Of a DNA stretch of 38,278 nucleotides, positions 27,403 to 36,074 are shown one piece after another; the first letter of the stretch is position 1; every line of letters begins with the position of its first letter. A model generated the notes under the pieces. It searched no databases, was not told where the DNA came from, and saw nothing but the letters and a program-made list of their open reading frames with translations. Where the stretch lies: positions 1 to 38,278 of IMG/VR virus record IMGVR_UViG_3300042210_000077; one strand, 5' to 3'. The translations under genes and the position numbers were made by a program. This stretch comes from a virus. Taxonomy: Duplodnaviria > Caudoviricetes.

Positions 27403-27690
27403 ATGGCACAGGACATCCTTATCGACACCCAAGACAACGACTTGCTCATCACAGCGGGCGACTTCGGCATTGATGAAAGTACAGACCAAGAGGTGGCGTT
27501 TATCTTGATGTCTGAGCAGGGCGAATGGAAGGAAGACCCGCTTGTGGGCGCAGGCCTGTTTAGGCTTGTGAACAGTAACGGCGATGAACGCGACCTGAAG
27601 CAATTGGTAAAGCTTCAGCTTGCCCGCGACAAGAAAAACTACGAACAATTAAAAAAACGAATCAACCTGAAGTTGAATGAAAACACATAA
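27403..27690 (+). CDS. Baseplate wedge protein (gp25/gp46-like)
   Basis: DLLITAGDF and GEWKEDPLVGAG motifs. Confidence 0.7.
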   Translation: MAQDILIDTQDNDLLITAGDFGIDESTDQEVAFILMSEQGEWKEDPLVGAGLFRLVNSNGDERDLKQLVKLQLARDKKNYEQLKKRINLKLNENT

Positions 27691-27973
27691 AACCATCGCG
27701 AATCAGTCCTTGCTTGACCTTTCCATCATGTCATACGGCACGTTGGAAGGCTTGTTTGCGCTGTCGCTGCTTAACAGATTGGCCGTTACCGACGATGTCG
27801 CAACAGGCTCATTGGTTGAGGTGGCCGATTTTGACGGTAAGCTGATTTCGGTGGTTGATTTTATCGAAAAAAATAACATACGTCCCGCGACAGGCTTCAC
27901 CGCCGTGCCAATTGTAGAACCGCTTAGTGGTATCGGCTATTGGGCGATTGGTGTTGATTTTGTTGTTCAATAA
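27677..27973 (+). CDS. LysM/tail-X-like baseplate protein
   Basis: QSLLDLSIMSYGTLEGLFALSLLN and GIGYWAIGVDFVV motifs. Confidence 0.72.
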   Translation: MKTHKTIANQSLLDLSIMSYGTLEGLFALSLLNRLAVTDDVATGSLVEVADFDGKLISVVDFIEKNNIRPATGFTAVPIVEPLSGIGYWAIGVDFVVQ

Positions 27974-27982
27974 AAATATAGT

Positions 27983-28375
27983 ATGAAAGACTTTGTATTT
28001 AACTACTTCGGGGAATTTCTAACGATGATTATCGGCGGGCTTGGCGGATGGATCTTCGGGCGAAAGAAGAATCTCGCGGAAGTCGAAGACGTGAAGGCGA
28101 GAACCGACACCGTACAGATAGACAACGAAATCAAACTGTCAAATTATTACAAGGACATGCTTGACGATTTGAAGCCACGCTATGAAAGGCAATTGAAGGA
28201 ATTCCAATCGGCATGTGCTGCCAAAGAGATGCTGATGCGCGAGAAGGAGAAGTTGATGCGCGAGAAGGTCGTCCTCCTGAAGCAGGAGAACGAGATATTA
28301 AGACAACATATTGCAGACCGCGACAAGCGGATAGCTGAATTAGAGAAAATCAAAATCAATGTCACGAAAAATTGA
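27983..28375 (+). CDS. Holin-like protein (N-terminal TM plus coiled coil)
   Basis: FLTMIIGGLGGWIFGRKK followed by a charged coiled coil. Confidence 0.55.
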   Translation: MKDFVFNYFGEFLTMIIGGLGGWIFGRKKNLAEVEDVKARTDTVQIDNEIKLSNYYKDMLDDLKPRYERQLKEFQSACAAKEMLMREKEKLMREKVVLLKQENEILRQHIADRDKRIAELEKIKINVTKN

Positions 28376-29198
28376 AGAAATCCGGGACGAAATTCTGAAC
28401 GCCAAAGCAGGCGAACCTGCCTTAGCCGCGTTGACTTCCACGAGCAAGGTGGCGGTGTGGCGTTTGGTCGTTTACATTGTCGCCGTGGCCATTTGGACGC
28501 TCGAAAAACTATTCGACATCCACAAAGCCGAGGTACAGGAGCTGATTGCTAACCTGCGACCCGGCACGCCGTTGTGGTATCGTAACAAAGCTTTGGATTT
28601 TCAATACGGTTTCGCTCTACTTCCGGACAGCGACCTGTTCGACAACGCGGGTGCCACGCAAGAGCAGATTGATGCCTCTAAGATCATCAAATTCTCGGCG
28701 GTGACAGAAGCCGAGACCGAGAGCCGGGTTATCATTAAGATTGCCACGGAAGAAGGCGGCAAGCTCGCTCCGATTGCTATCGACAGGCAAGCGGTGTTTG
28801 AGGCTTACATCGCCGAGATTAAGTACGCGGGCGTGGCCGTGACGGTCATCAACTTCCTGCCGGACATCCTGAAGCTTCAGATACGCATCTTCCGGGACCC
28901 GCTATTAATTGACGAGAATGGCACAGACAGGCTGTCGGGTGGTAAGCCCGTTGAAACAGCTTTGCTTGAATACATGCGCGAACTGCCGTTTAACGGCGAA
29001 TTGGTCATCCAAGACCTTGCCAACAAGCTCGAAGCCGTCAGCGGTGTAGAAATTGTGCAGGTTGACAGCATCGAAACGAAATGGATAGAGGTTGAAAGCG
29101 GAGGCTACGGTCCCTTCCAGCCGATAGATGTGCGGAAGATCCCCGTGTCCGGCTATTTTGAGATTGAAAATTTTGACAACATTACTTATGTGGTATAA
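28359..29198 (+). CDS. Baseplate J-like protein
   Basis: SKVAVWRL, WYRNKALDFQYG and LPFNGEL motifs; synteny. Confidence 0.75.
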   Translation: MSRKIEEIRDEILNAKAGEPALAALTSTSKVAVWRLVVYIVAVAIWTLEKLFDIHKAEVQELIANLRPGTPLWYRNKALDFQYGFALLPDSDLFDNAGATQEQIDASKIIKFSAVTEAETESRVIIKIATEEGGKLAPIAIDRQAVFEAYIAEIKYAGVAVTVINFLPDILKLQIRIFRDPLLIDENGTDRLSGGKPVETALLEYMRELPFNGELVIQDLANKLEAVSGVEIVQVDSIETKWIEVESGGYGPFQPIDVRKIPVSGYFEIENFDNITYVV

Positions 29199-29649
29199 GA
29201 TTGACTACGATCGGCTTGCTGTGATGCTCCTGCCTACCTTCTTGAGGCGCGAGCGGATGACGGCGTGGCTGCGTTCGTTGCTTACGCCTGTGTCGAGCCT
29301 GTACAACAATTGGTTTGGCTTCCGGCTTCGCAACATCTATCAGTTGGCGCACAACGGCCAAGTGGTGTATCTGCGTGCCGCACTGAATGACAGCTTTGAC
29401 CCGGTAGAACGGCGCATTCAGATTATTGATGGTAACCGCTTTAAGCGGAAGTTCATTTATACCAATCCCGAACAGAAGCCCCGGTTTTTAGGTACGATGT
29501 ACCTGAACCGCTCCTTCGACTTCGCCGATACGGGCGTTGACTTCATCGTGGCAGTTCCGGCAGGCCTTGTGTTCAATCCGATTGACATGACCGCGTTGGT
29601 CAACTTTTATAAAATCGCTTCAAAACGTTACAAAATCGACACATTATGA
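29188..29649 (+). CDS. Baseplate I-like protein
   Basis: LLPTFLR and QVVYLRAALND motifs; follows the J-like gene. Confidence 0.72.
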   Translation: MWYKIDYDRLAVMLLPTFLRRERMTAWLRSLLTPVSSLYNNWFGFRLRNIYQLAHNGQVVYLRAALNDSFDPVERRIQIIDGNRFKRKFIYTNPEQKPRFLGTMYLNRSFDFADTGVDFIVAVPAGLVFNPIDMTALVNFYKIASKRYKIDTL

Positions 29650-30485
29650 ATCTCATAAACATCCAACAAACGGGAGGCTTTCCGCTCGAAACCGATACCA
29701 TCGACCGCTTGCAGACGAACGTACTGCTCATGCAGACATTCGGCGAAGCATTTGGCAATCTTGGCATTGTGCAAGGTGCGACTACAGTAGGCACAACCGT
29801 GTCTGACGGCGTTGTCTATATCAACGGTGAGTTACTCGAGTTCCGCGGTGCGCAGGTAGGCCCGAACGTCATCATCTCGGAAGAAGTTGAGAACCGGGTG
29901 TTTGAGGACGGGACCAATAAAGGGGTCTTCAAAACCCGTTATGCCACCTTCGGGACGGCTACCACAAGCTATCCTTGGGCAGACTTCGTCCGCCCCAAGA
30001 ACCTCGCCGATTTGAGTAAGATGCAGCGCATTGTGGGTGAGATCATCGATTGGTTTGGCAACCCCGCAGCCGTGCCAAGCGGTTGGAAGATCTGCGACGG
30101 GACAAACGGCACACCCGACCTACGCGGACGCATGACGATCGGCTACGACTCGGCAGACCCGGACTATGATACCGTGGGAGAAGTCGGCGGTTTGAAAGAA
30201 GTAATCTTGATTGAAGCACAGATGCCTGCGCATACGCACACCGCGAGCTCAGGTTCTGCAGGAGCGCACACCCATAACATTCAGCTAAAAGGAGGCGAAA
30301 GCGACGTTGGCAACTCCGGGCGGGAATTGAGGCAGGTCACCGAGCAAGGGATCGCCAAGACGGTGGTGACGGACAGCGCGGGCAGCCACACGCATAGCAT
30401 CACTGTGAATAATGCCGGAGATGGGCAGGCGCATGAGAACAGGCCGCCGTATATGGTGATGTTGAAGTTGATGTGGGTGGGATAA
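29646..30485 (+). CDS. Tail fibre protein with collar domain
   Basis: GGFPLE start; VPSGWKICDGTNGTPDLRGR collar; repeated HTH metal-binding motifs; HENRPPY. Confidence 0.85.
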   Translation: MNLINIQQTGGFPLETDTIDRLQTNVLLMQTFGEAFGNLGIVQGATTVGTTVSDGVVYINGELLEFRGAQVGPNVIISEEVENRVFEDGTNKGVFKTRYATFGTATTSYPWADFVRPKNLADLSKMQRIVGEIIDWFGNPAAVPSGWKICDGTNGTPDLRGRMTIGYDSADPDYDTVGEVGGLKEVILIEAQMPAHTHTASSGSAGAHTHNIQLKGGESDVGNSGRELRQVTEQGIAKTVVTDSAGSHTHSITVNNAGDGQAHENRPPYMVMLKLMWVG

Positions 30486-30550
30486 AGCCCCTCCCTAACC
30501 CTCCCCGAGCGGGAGACAAGAACCCACCCCCGACCCCTCCAAGGAGGGGA
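30486..30550. repeat. Tandem pair of REP-like repeats (type A plus type B)
   Basis: Matches 4943-4976 and 9317-9345. Confidence 0.75.
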
Positions 30551-30582
30551 GATAAAAGAAATGAATTTTTAAGACAAAAAAA

Positions 30583-33500
30583 ATGGCAAAAGTAAGTTTA
30601 ACGACGATTAAAAATTGGTTTAAAACAGGTTTGAAGCCTACTCAGGCTCAGTTTTGGGATGTGTTCGACAGCTTCCGGCACAAAGACGATGCTGTGCCTG
30701 CGGCTGAGGTGAGCGGGTTGGACTCGTTGCTTGTGCAAAAAGTCGAAACGAGCCACTTGACCGATCCTAACGCTCACAATATTGATAACATCCCTGTCAC
30801 GTTCACCACCACTGCAACGGATAAAGATTCCTTAGCCGTTTGGCTAAACGCCCAAACCCCACCGATTGAAATAACCGCCAATCAGATACCTGAATGGGAG
30901 TTGATAGATGGAACAAGATACAGATTTGAAAACAAAGGAAAAGGCATTTATGGCGTTGGGCAAACGCAAGTTGTGGCTAAAGATTTCAAACTCGTTTTGG
31001 ATGGCGCAAAAACACTCGAAACCATAACCAGACCGGGGATTTACCCGCTTTGGAATGTCGTTTTAGACAACGTACAAAAGATAATCAACGGCGAAGAATC
31101 CGGATTCGTTACGAATGTAAATGAAGAATTGAAAGTTTCGAGCATCGAGATTCATAAAAAAAATAGAGAAATAGGTTACGGATTTGATTTGATTAATTCG
31201 GGGAATGTTGTGTTTTCTGTTGCAGAGCTAAACGCTTTTCCACATTCGGACGGGACTACCGTTTCGGTGAGTTTCGCATCCACTACCTATCTGTATGCAT
31301 CCGATACCGGTCAATGGATTTTGATTGGAATTTTTACGGCTATTTCCAACACATTTGCGGAAATAGTTCAGGAAGCAGAGTACGCGACCGTGCCAAAATC
31401 GACCAGTCCGGATTATGGACTGATTGCAGTCACTCTTGATAAAATTGTCACCACCACTAATGGAGAGTTGAGCGACGCGGATAACGTTCAGATTGATTTA
31501 ATAAAAAGTTTCTCGATATTTCCAACCTCTGTAATAGCGGTTAAGAATAGAGTTATCGGTAACGATGACATCGTTTTTTCTAAGAAAAAGCTGAACGACA
31601 TTTATGTGAAAGTCATAGCCAACGATGTTAACCATTTCGATTTCAACTTTGATTACAGATATTTCAGCTTTACCGGAAACACAATTTTGAAAGAACGCCG
31701 AACATTGATGCTGAACGAATTGGATTTACTCAAAGCAAACGAAACAGGTGGGCTTGTTTTGACAGCTATTTCCGGTAATCTTGAAGGCACAATCGAGGGA
31801 GTGACTGGCGAGGGTGATAAGTTTACCGAGCCTTTGCAAACAGTTTTTGACAACACAACCAATGAGATGATGGTTGTGAACGCCATCTTACAACGTGACG
31901 ACATCACACAGGTGACAATTACTGCTGTGGGTAATGATGCAACAGATAGGACTTCTTTTGCTACTGTCACAGGAAAAAAAGTTGTAATTTCAGATACTGT
32001 CGCCGCCCACACGGATAAGTTGCACCAATGGTTTAATTATGGCCACGATTTCGTCATGCCGTTTGAGGATACCTTCATCGATACGGTGACAGACATCGGG
32101 ACTGAATTGCAAGGAAACAACATATCATCCTACGTAAAAAGAAATGGCGGACACATGAGCCTATCCGCGATAGTAGGAAAAGAGATACAATCGACAGAAA
32201 ACATAGACGCGGATGTCATACACGTCACGGCTTCGGGGGCTAATTCACCAATCAGGATAGATTGGACAAGCGGTGACAAAGCCTTTCGTCCAAACCTCGT
32301 CATAGTAGGCGCTGGGCTTGAATCAGACTTAGACGCGAATTGGCAAACATCCTTTGGCTTCGGCATGGAATTTATCGAACCTACCTCGGTTAGTACAGTT
32401 CCAGACATCCCTTTAGGCGACACCGAACCTGATGTGCATCAGCAGTCCCCTGCTACGGCTATCGTTGCCGGTAAGTTGAGGGCAATAAAAGAATCTGTTC
32501 CGAATGCCACTTGGCAACAGGTAAGATTAGCGGCACGTGCGACAGCAACTCGAGCAAATCAATGGGACATGTATCGCGGATTCGGCGTCATCGACACAGC
32601 TGCCGCTATTGTCCAATTGAGATTAGACGTTGAAAGAGATTCGTTGGTCAAAGCCAATATTTATAACCGTAACAATAAAATTGCGAAAAGCATAGACTTT
32701 CTCAAAATCAGTGAAGATGCGCCGGTAGCTAAAAGGCACATCGCGTCTTTAGGCTTAGTCGTCGCTGATGACATGGTCAACAAAGCCGTTGCTATCATGA
32801 AGGATGACGGCGGTTTTATAGATTTGAAAGGCGATGTAGCGGGGTTTTATAAAACAAAATTTTTAAAGCAATCGATAAAAAGATTGCATGAAAACGAAGA
32901 ATTGGCAAACTTGACGGCCGTTTTTCTTCCGGAAGCGAGTAAGACAGGAGGCAAATTATACAACTTACTTAATGCCGCCATTCCAACTCATTTCTTTTTG
33001 ACGAGAAATAGCGTGAAATACGGTCATCGAGAGAGCTTGAAAATAGTAGAGTTTTCAGCTAACGAACCGGCTATTGACTATCTGAATGGGTTTCCAGAGC
33101 TGATAGTTGAGCCGCAACGGACAAATTTAGTTTTGAACAGCGAGCCAACAGCTAATGAAGCGGCAGCAAGTGCAGGAGTAACCTATCAAAGCGTTGCCAA
33201 TCCTTTCGGGTTCGCAAGTTTTGTAAAAATACCAAAAACGGCATCCTCAGAGTTCAGATATGGAGCAACAGCAGCCAATGACGGTTGGCACAAACAGCAA
33301 TTTTACTTTTTTGTCGAGGGCTATAATTTGCAGCTTGACCAAGGGAACACCACAGCTGATAAAGTCTATGATTTAGTCACAAGAGGCAACACCTCCTCGT
33401 CTAAATCAGCAAGACTTAACGCAAACAATCGGATAAATAGAAACTTTGTTTTTACCTCTGTAAATGCTGATTCGGAGGGTTCCACAAACACAGGCAACAA

Positions 33501-33882
33501 TGGTCTGATTGTTCGCAATACCTCAATCAACAATGATGGTGTAACGTATAGCGGTATTATGCTTGAAGCGTCAACAAAGACAAGTTTTGCAGGCAGTTAT
33601 ATACGCACAACGGGAGCGACAAAAACAGTCAACGCAGACGTGTTTACAATTAGCAACCTTTTAGCGGATGGGCTTATAAGTACAACGGAAGGCACTATAA
33701 TTGAACGTGGAAGCAATCAAGAGGTGAGGACTGTTTGGACAGGGGGTAATAGATTGAAATTCATTGATAATGCCTTAATTTCAACAGTAGCAGAAGTACC
33801 AAACGACAACCCTTTTACGCTTGACACATCGAGTTACAGGTTGAGTGAGATATTAATTTCTGATAAGGCAATTTTTCCATGA
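30583..33882 (+). CDS. Large mosaic tail/virion protein with central subtilisin-like domain
   Basis: N-terminal IKNWFKTGLKPTQAQFW anchor; S8-like motifs at about aa 460-675; C-terminal LIVEPQRTNL and SYIRTTGAT fibre motifs; more AT-rich than neighbours. Confidence 0.8.
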   Translation: MAKVSLTTIKNWFKTGLKPTQAQFWDVFDSFRHKDDAVPAAEVSGLDSLLVQKVETSHLTDPNAHNIDNIPVTFTTTATDKDSLAVWLNAQTPPIEITANQIPEWELIDGTRYRFENKGKGIYGVGQTQVVAKDFKLVLDGAKTLETITRPGIYPLWNVVLDNVQKIINGEESGFVTNVNEELKVSSIEIHKKNREIGYGFDLINSGNVVFSVAELNAFPHSDGTTVSVSFASTTYLYASDTGQWILIGIFTAISNTFAEIVQEAEYATVPKSTSPDYGLIAVTLDKIVTTTNGELSDADNVQIDLIKSFSIFPTSVIAVKNRVIGNDDIVFSKKKLNDIYVKVIANDVNHFDFNFDYRYFSFTGNTILKERRTLMLNELDLLKANETGGLVLTAISGNLEGTIEGVTGEGDKFTEPLQTVFDNTTNEMMVVNAILQRDDITQVTITAVGNDATDRTSFATVTGKKVVISDTVAAHTDKLHQWFNYGHDFVMPFEDTFIDTVTDIGTELQGNNISSYVKRNGGHMSLSAIVGKEIQSTENIDADVIHVTASGANSPIRIDWTSGDKAFRPNLVIVGAGLESDLDANWQTSFGFGMEFIEPTSVSTVPDIPLGDTEPDVHQQSPATAIVAGKLRAIKESVPNATWQQVRLAARATATRANQWDMYRGFGVIDTAAAIVQLRLDVERDSLVKANIYNRNNKIAKSIDFLKISEDAPVAKRHIASLGLVVADDMVNKAVAIMKDDGGFIDLKGDVAGFYKTKFLKQSIKRLHENEELANLTAVFLPEASKTGGKLYNLLNAAIPTHFFLTRNSVKYGHRESLKIVEFSANEPAIDYLNGFPELIVEPQRTNLVLNSEPTANEAAASAGVTYQSVANPFGFASFVKIPKTASSEFRYGATAANDGWHKQQFYFFVEGYNLQLDQGNTTADKVYDLVTRGNTSSSKSARLNANNRINRNFVFTSVNADSEGSTNTGNNGLIVRNTSINNDGVTYSGIMLEASTKTSFAGSYIRTTGATKTVNADVFTISNLLADGLISTTEGTIIERGSNQEVRTVWTGGNRLKFIDNALISTVAEVPNDNPFTLDTSSYRLSEILISDKAIFP

Positions 33883-34424
33883 CAAAGCTCACAGTCTTTC
33901 CCTCCGCCGGTCATAGCAACTCAGACCCCGGCGCAACAGCTAATGACTTCAAAGAATCATCTCTCACTCAAGAGCTTCGGAACTTGGTTGTGGAACGGCT
34001 TAAAGTTGCTGGCCATCGCTATATTACTGATAAGGACAGCGAGACGAATCGTCAATACCAAGGACGCATTAAGCCGGGCAATGGCAGCGTTTTGCTCGAT
34101 TTTCACTTTAATGCCGGTCCGCCAAGCGCAACCGGTACAGAGGTCATCGTCAGCAACGTAGCCAACGACAATAGCAGGCTATTTGCGCGTGAGCTTGTAG
34201 ATGGCGCATCGCGCATCTTGGGAATCAGAAACCGAGGCGTGAAAGGTGAGACGGGCTCGCAACATAGCCGCATTGGCATCTTGCATACTGAAGCAGGCAT
34301 CGCCGCGTTGGCGGAGGTTTGCTTCATTACTAATGAGCAAGATGTAGCTGCTTACCAAGTCAACAAAGAGCGATTGGCGGACTTCTACGCGAAGACGCTA
34401 ATAAAGTACGATAATGTAATTTAG
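33879..34424 (+). CDS. Endolysin, N-acetylmuramoyl-L-alanine amidase (Amidase_3)
   Basis: AGHS..DPGA, KES, DFHFNA and AEVCF Zn/catalytic motifs. Confidence 0.9.
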   Translation: MTKLTVFPSAGHSNSDPGATANDFKESSLTQELRNLVVERLKVAGHRYITDKDSETNRQYQGRIKPGNGSVLLDFHFNAGPPSATGTEVIVSNVANDNSRLFARELVDGASRILGIRNRGVKGETGSQHSRIGILHTEAGIAALAEVCFITNEQDVAAYQVNKERLADFYAKTLIKYDNVI

Positions 34425-34567
34425 GGGTAAAAGAACCCCCGACTTTGCCGCCTTCTAATCTCACTCGGAAGGCGAACAATAAAGGTGCACAAACACCAAG
34501 CCGAGGGCAATGCCTTTAGCTTTTGGTGTTTGTGCACCTATTTTTTTTGAGTGAGACGACAAATTTA
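34424..34567 (-). ncRNA. Putative structured antisense RNA / attenuator leader of the dam-TS operon
   Basis: 16-bp perfect stem 34483-34498/34524-34539; additional long-range pairings; minus-strand TAAATTTG -7 box at 34567-34560. Confidence 0.6.
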
Positions 34568-34582
34568 TTAAATAAAAACAAT

Positions 34583-35386
34583 ATGGAACTAAAACCAAGA
34601 ATGAAAACGCCTATCAGCTACTACGGCGGCAAGCAGATGCTTGCGAAGAAGATCATCAATGCCATCCCGGCGCATAACCTATATTGCGAGCCGTTTTTTG
34701 GCGGCGGCGCGGTGTTCTTTGCCAAGGAGCGCAGCAATGTGGAGGTGGTGAACGACACCAACAGCGAGCTAATCAACTTCTATCGTGTTGTGGTCACAGA
34801 CTTTGAGGCACTCAAAGCGATGACAGAAGTTACGCTGCACAGCAGGGATGCTTACAGGCAGGCCACGGTGATGTACAACCATCCGGACATGTTCAAGCCT
34901 GTGCAAAGAGCTTGGGCGGTTTGGGTATTAAGCAGCCAATCGTTTGCATCATCCTTGGAAAATAGTTGGGGCTTTTCGGTAGCAAGCTGCTCCACTCCAA
35001 AGAGGGTGATGAACAAGAAAGACAACTTCACAGACGAGCTGAAGCGCAGGCTTGACCTTTGCACTTTCGAGAATACCGATGCCATCGATGTCATTAAGCG
35101 TTTCGATCGTCCGGACAGCTTCTTTTATCTTGATCCGCCTTACTTCAACTCCGACTGCGGACATTATGATGGCTATAGCGCGCAGGACTTCACCAATCTA
35201 CTTGATGCCTTGGCGGGCATCAAAGGGAAGTTTCTGCTTAGCTCTTATCCGTCCAAACTTCTGAAGGAGTACATCGGCAGATACAATTGGCATTTTTGGA
35301 CTACTGAGAAGAAGGTCAGCGTAAACGCCAAAAGCGGCTATCTGAAGGCGAAAACAGAGTGTCTAACCTCAAACTATCAATTATGA
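34583..35386 (+). CDS. DNA adenine methyltransferase (Dam/D12 class)
   Basis: YYGGKQ, EPFFGGGAV, VVND and FYLDPPY motifs. Confidence 0.92.
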   Translation: MELKPRMKTPISYYGGKQMLAKKIINAIPAHNLYCEPFFGGGAVFFAKERSNVEVVNDTNSELINFYRVVVTDFEALKAMTEVTLHSRDAYRQATVMYNHPDMFKPVQRAWAVWVLSSQSFASSLENSWGFSVASCSTPKRVMNKKDNFTDELKRRLDLCTFENTDAIDVIKRFDRPDSFFYLDPPYFNSDCGHYDGYSAQDFTNLLDALAGIKGKFLLSSYPSKLLKEYIGRYNWHFWTTEKKVSVNAKSGYLKAKTECLTSNYQL

Positions 35387-36024
35387 ATAAGCATCATGAA
35401 ATTTTAAAGAAAATCATCGAAAAAGGCAAGATTCAACGCAACAAGAAAGGTTCAATCCGCTACCTGCTCAACCAAGTGATAAGCCTTAAGCCAATAGACC
35501 TGCTTGAGCTGTTTGAGGAACACGGTTTAGCCCGGAAGAAGCTGAAAGACGAGCTGAAGCTTTTCATGCTCGGAGAACGCTCCACGGAAGCCTATAGAGA
35601 GGTCGGCGTAACGTGGTGGGACTATTGCGGCCCTATTTTAGTGAACAGCTACCCAACCTACTTTGAACAGTTGCCAAAGCTGATAGAGAAGATCAATAAA
35701 GAGCGGCGTACTTCTAAGAACTACGTTCTCTTCCTTGGTGCCAACAATACCGAGACAAACCAACAGCCTTGCCTAAGCCTCATCCAATTCCAAATAGACA
35801 ACGGTAAGCTCGTTGTCACAGCCTATCAGCGTAGCTCTGATGCTAACTTGGGTTTGCCTTCCGACATCTACCACTTGTATCTCATTAGCAAGCAGATACA
35901 ACTACCCTTGAAGGGCATCACGCTGTTCATTGGCAACGTTCACATCTACGAGAACAACATTGAAGGAACTGAGGCGTTATTGAGTGGTGCGGAGGGGGTT
36001 AGATTCGCTTTAAACGTAGTCTAA
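35383..36024 (+). CDS. Thymidylate synthase-fold enzyme, short, with dCMP-type Asp
   Basis: QPC catalytic Cys, YQRSSDANLGLPSD and GNVHIYEN motifs; 213 aa; ATGA overlap with the methylase stop. Confidence 0.88.
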   Translation: MNKHHEILKKIIEKGKIQRNKKGSIRYLLNQVISLKPIDLLELFEEHGLARKKLKDELKLFMLGERSTEAYREVGVTWWDYCGPILVNSYPTYFEQLPKLIEKINKERRTSKNYVLFLGANNTETNQQPCLSLIQFQIDNGKLVVTAYQRSSDANLGLPSDIYHLYLISKQIQLPLKGITLFIGNVHIYENNIEGTEALLSGAEGVRFALNVV

Positions 36025-36025
36025 A

Positions 36026-36074
36026 TGTACAATTTGATTTTAGAAAGTGTATAATTTGATTTTTTGATTATACA
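36026..36074. repeat. Prophage right end: two transposase-binding repeats and terminal CA
   Basis: tgtacaatttgatttt (36026-36041) and tgtataatttgatttt (36048-36063), 22 bp apart, then ...attataCA. Confidence 0.75.

Larger units (their letters stand above)
1..36074. mobile_element. Mu-like transposable prophage (contractile tail), left end outside window
   Basis: Repressor/ner/DDE transposase/ATPase order, complete head and contractile-tail gene set, terminal CA with repeated binding sites, and a sharp drop in GC after 36074. Confidence 0.95.

Noticed and set aside
29646-33882. Invertible tail-fibre segment or diversity-generating retroelement
   Set aside because: No invertase or reverse transcriptase, and no flanking inverted repeats or template/variable repeat pair were seen.
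840-35264. Many antisense and alternate-frame ORFs in the track (e.g. 1266-1886, 6964-7593, 15914-16627, 24443-25033)
   Set aside because: They are shadows of well-supported genes, with no motifs or plausible starts.
35383-36024. Calling this gene thyA
   Set aside because: The specificity residue is Asp rather than Asn and other conserved ThyA residues differ, so no symbol was given.
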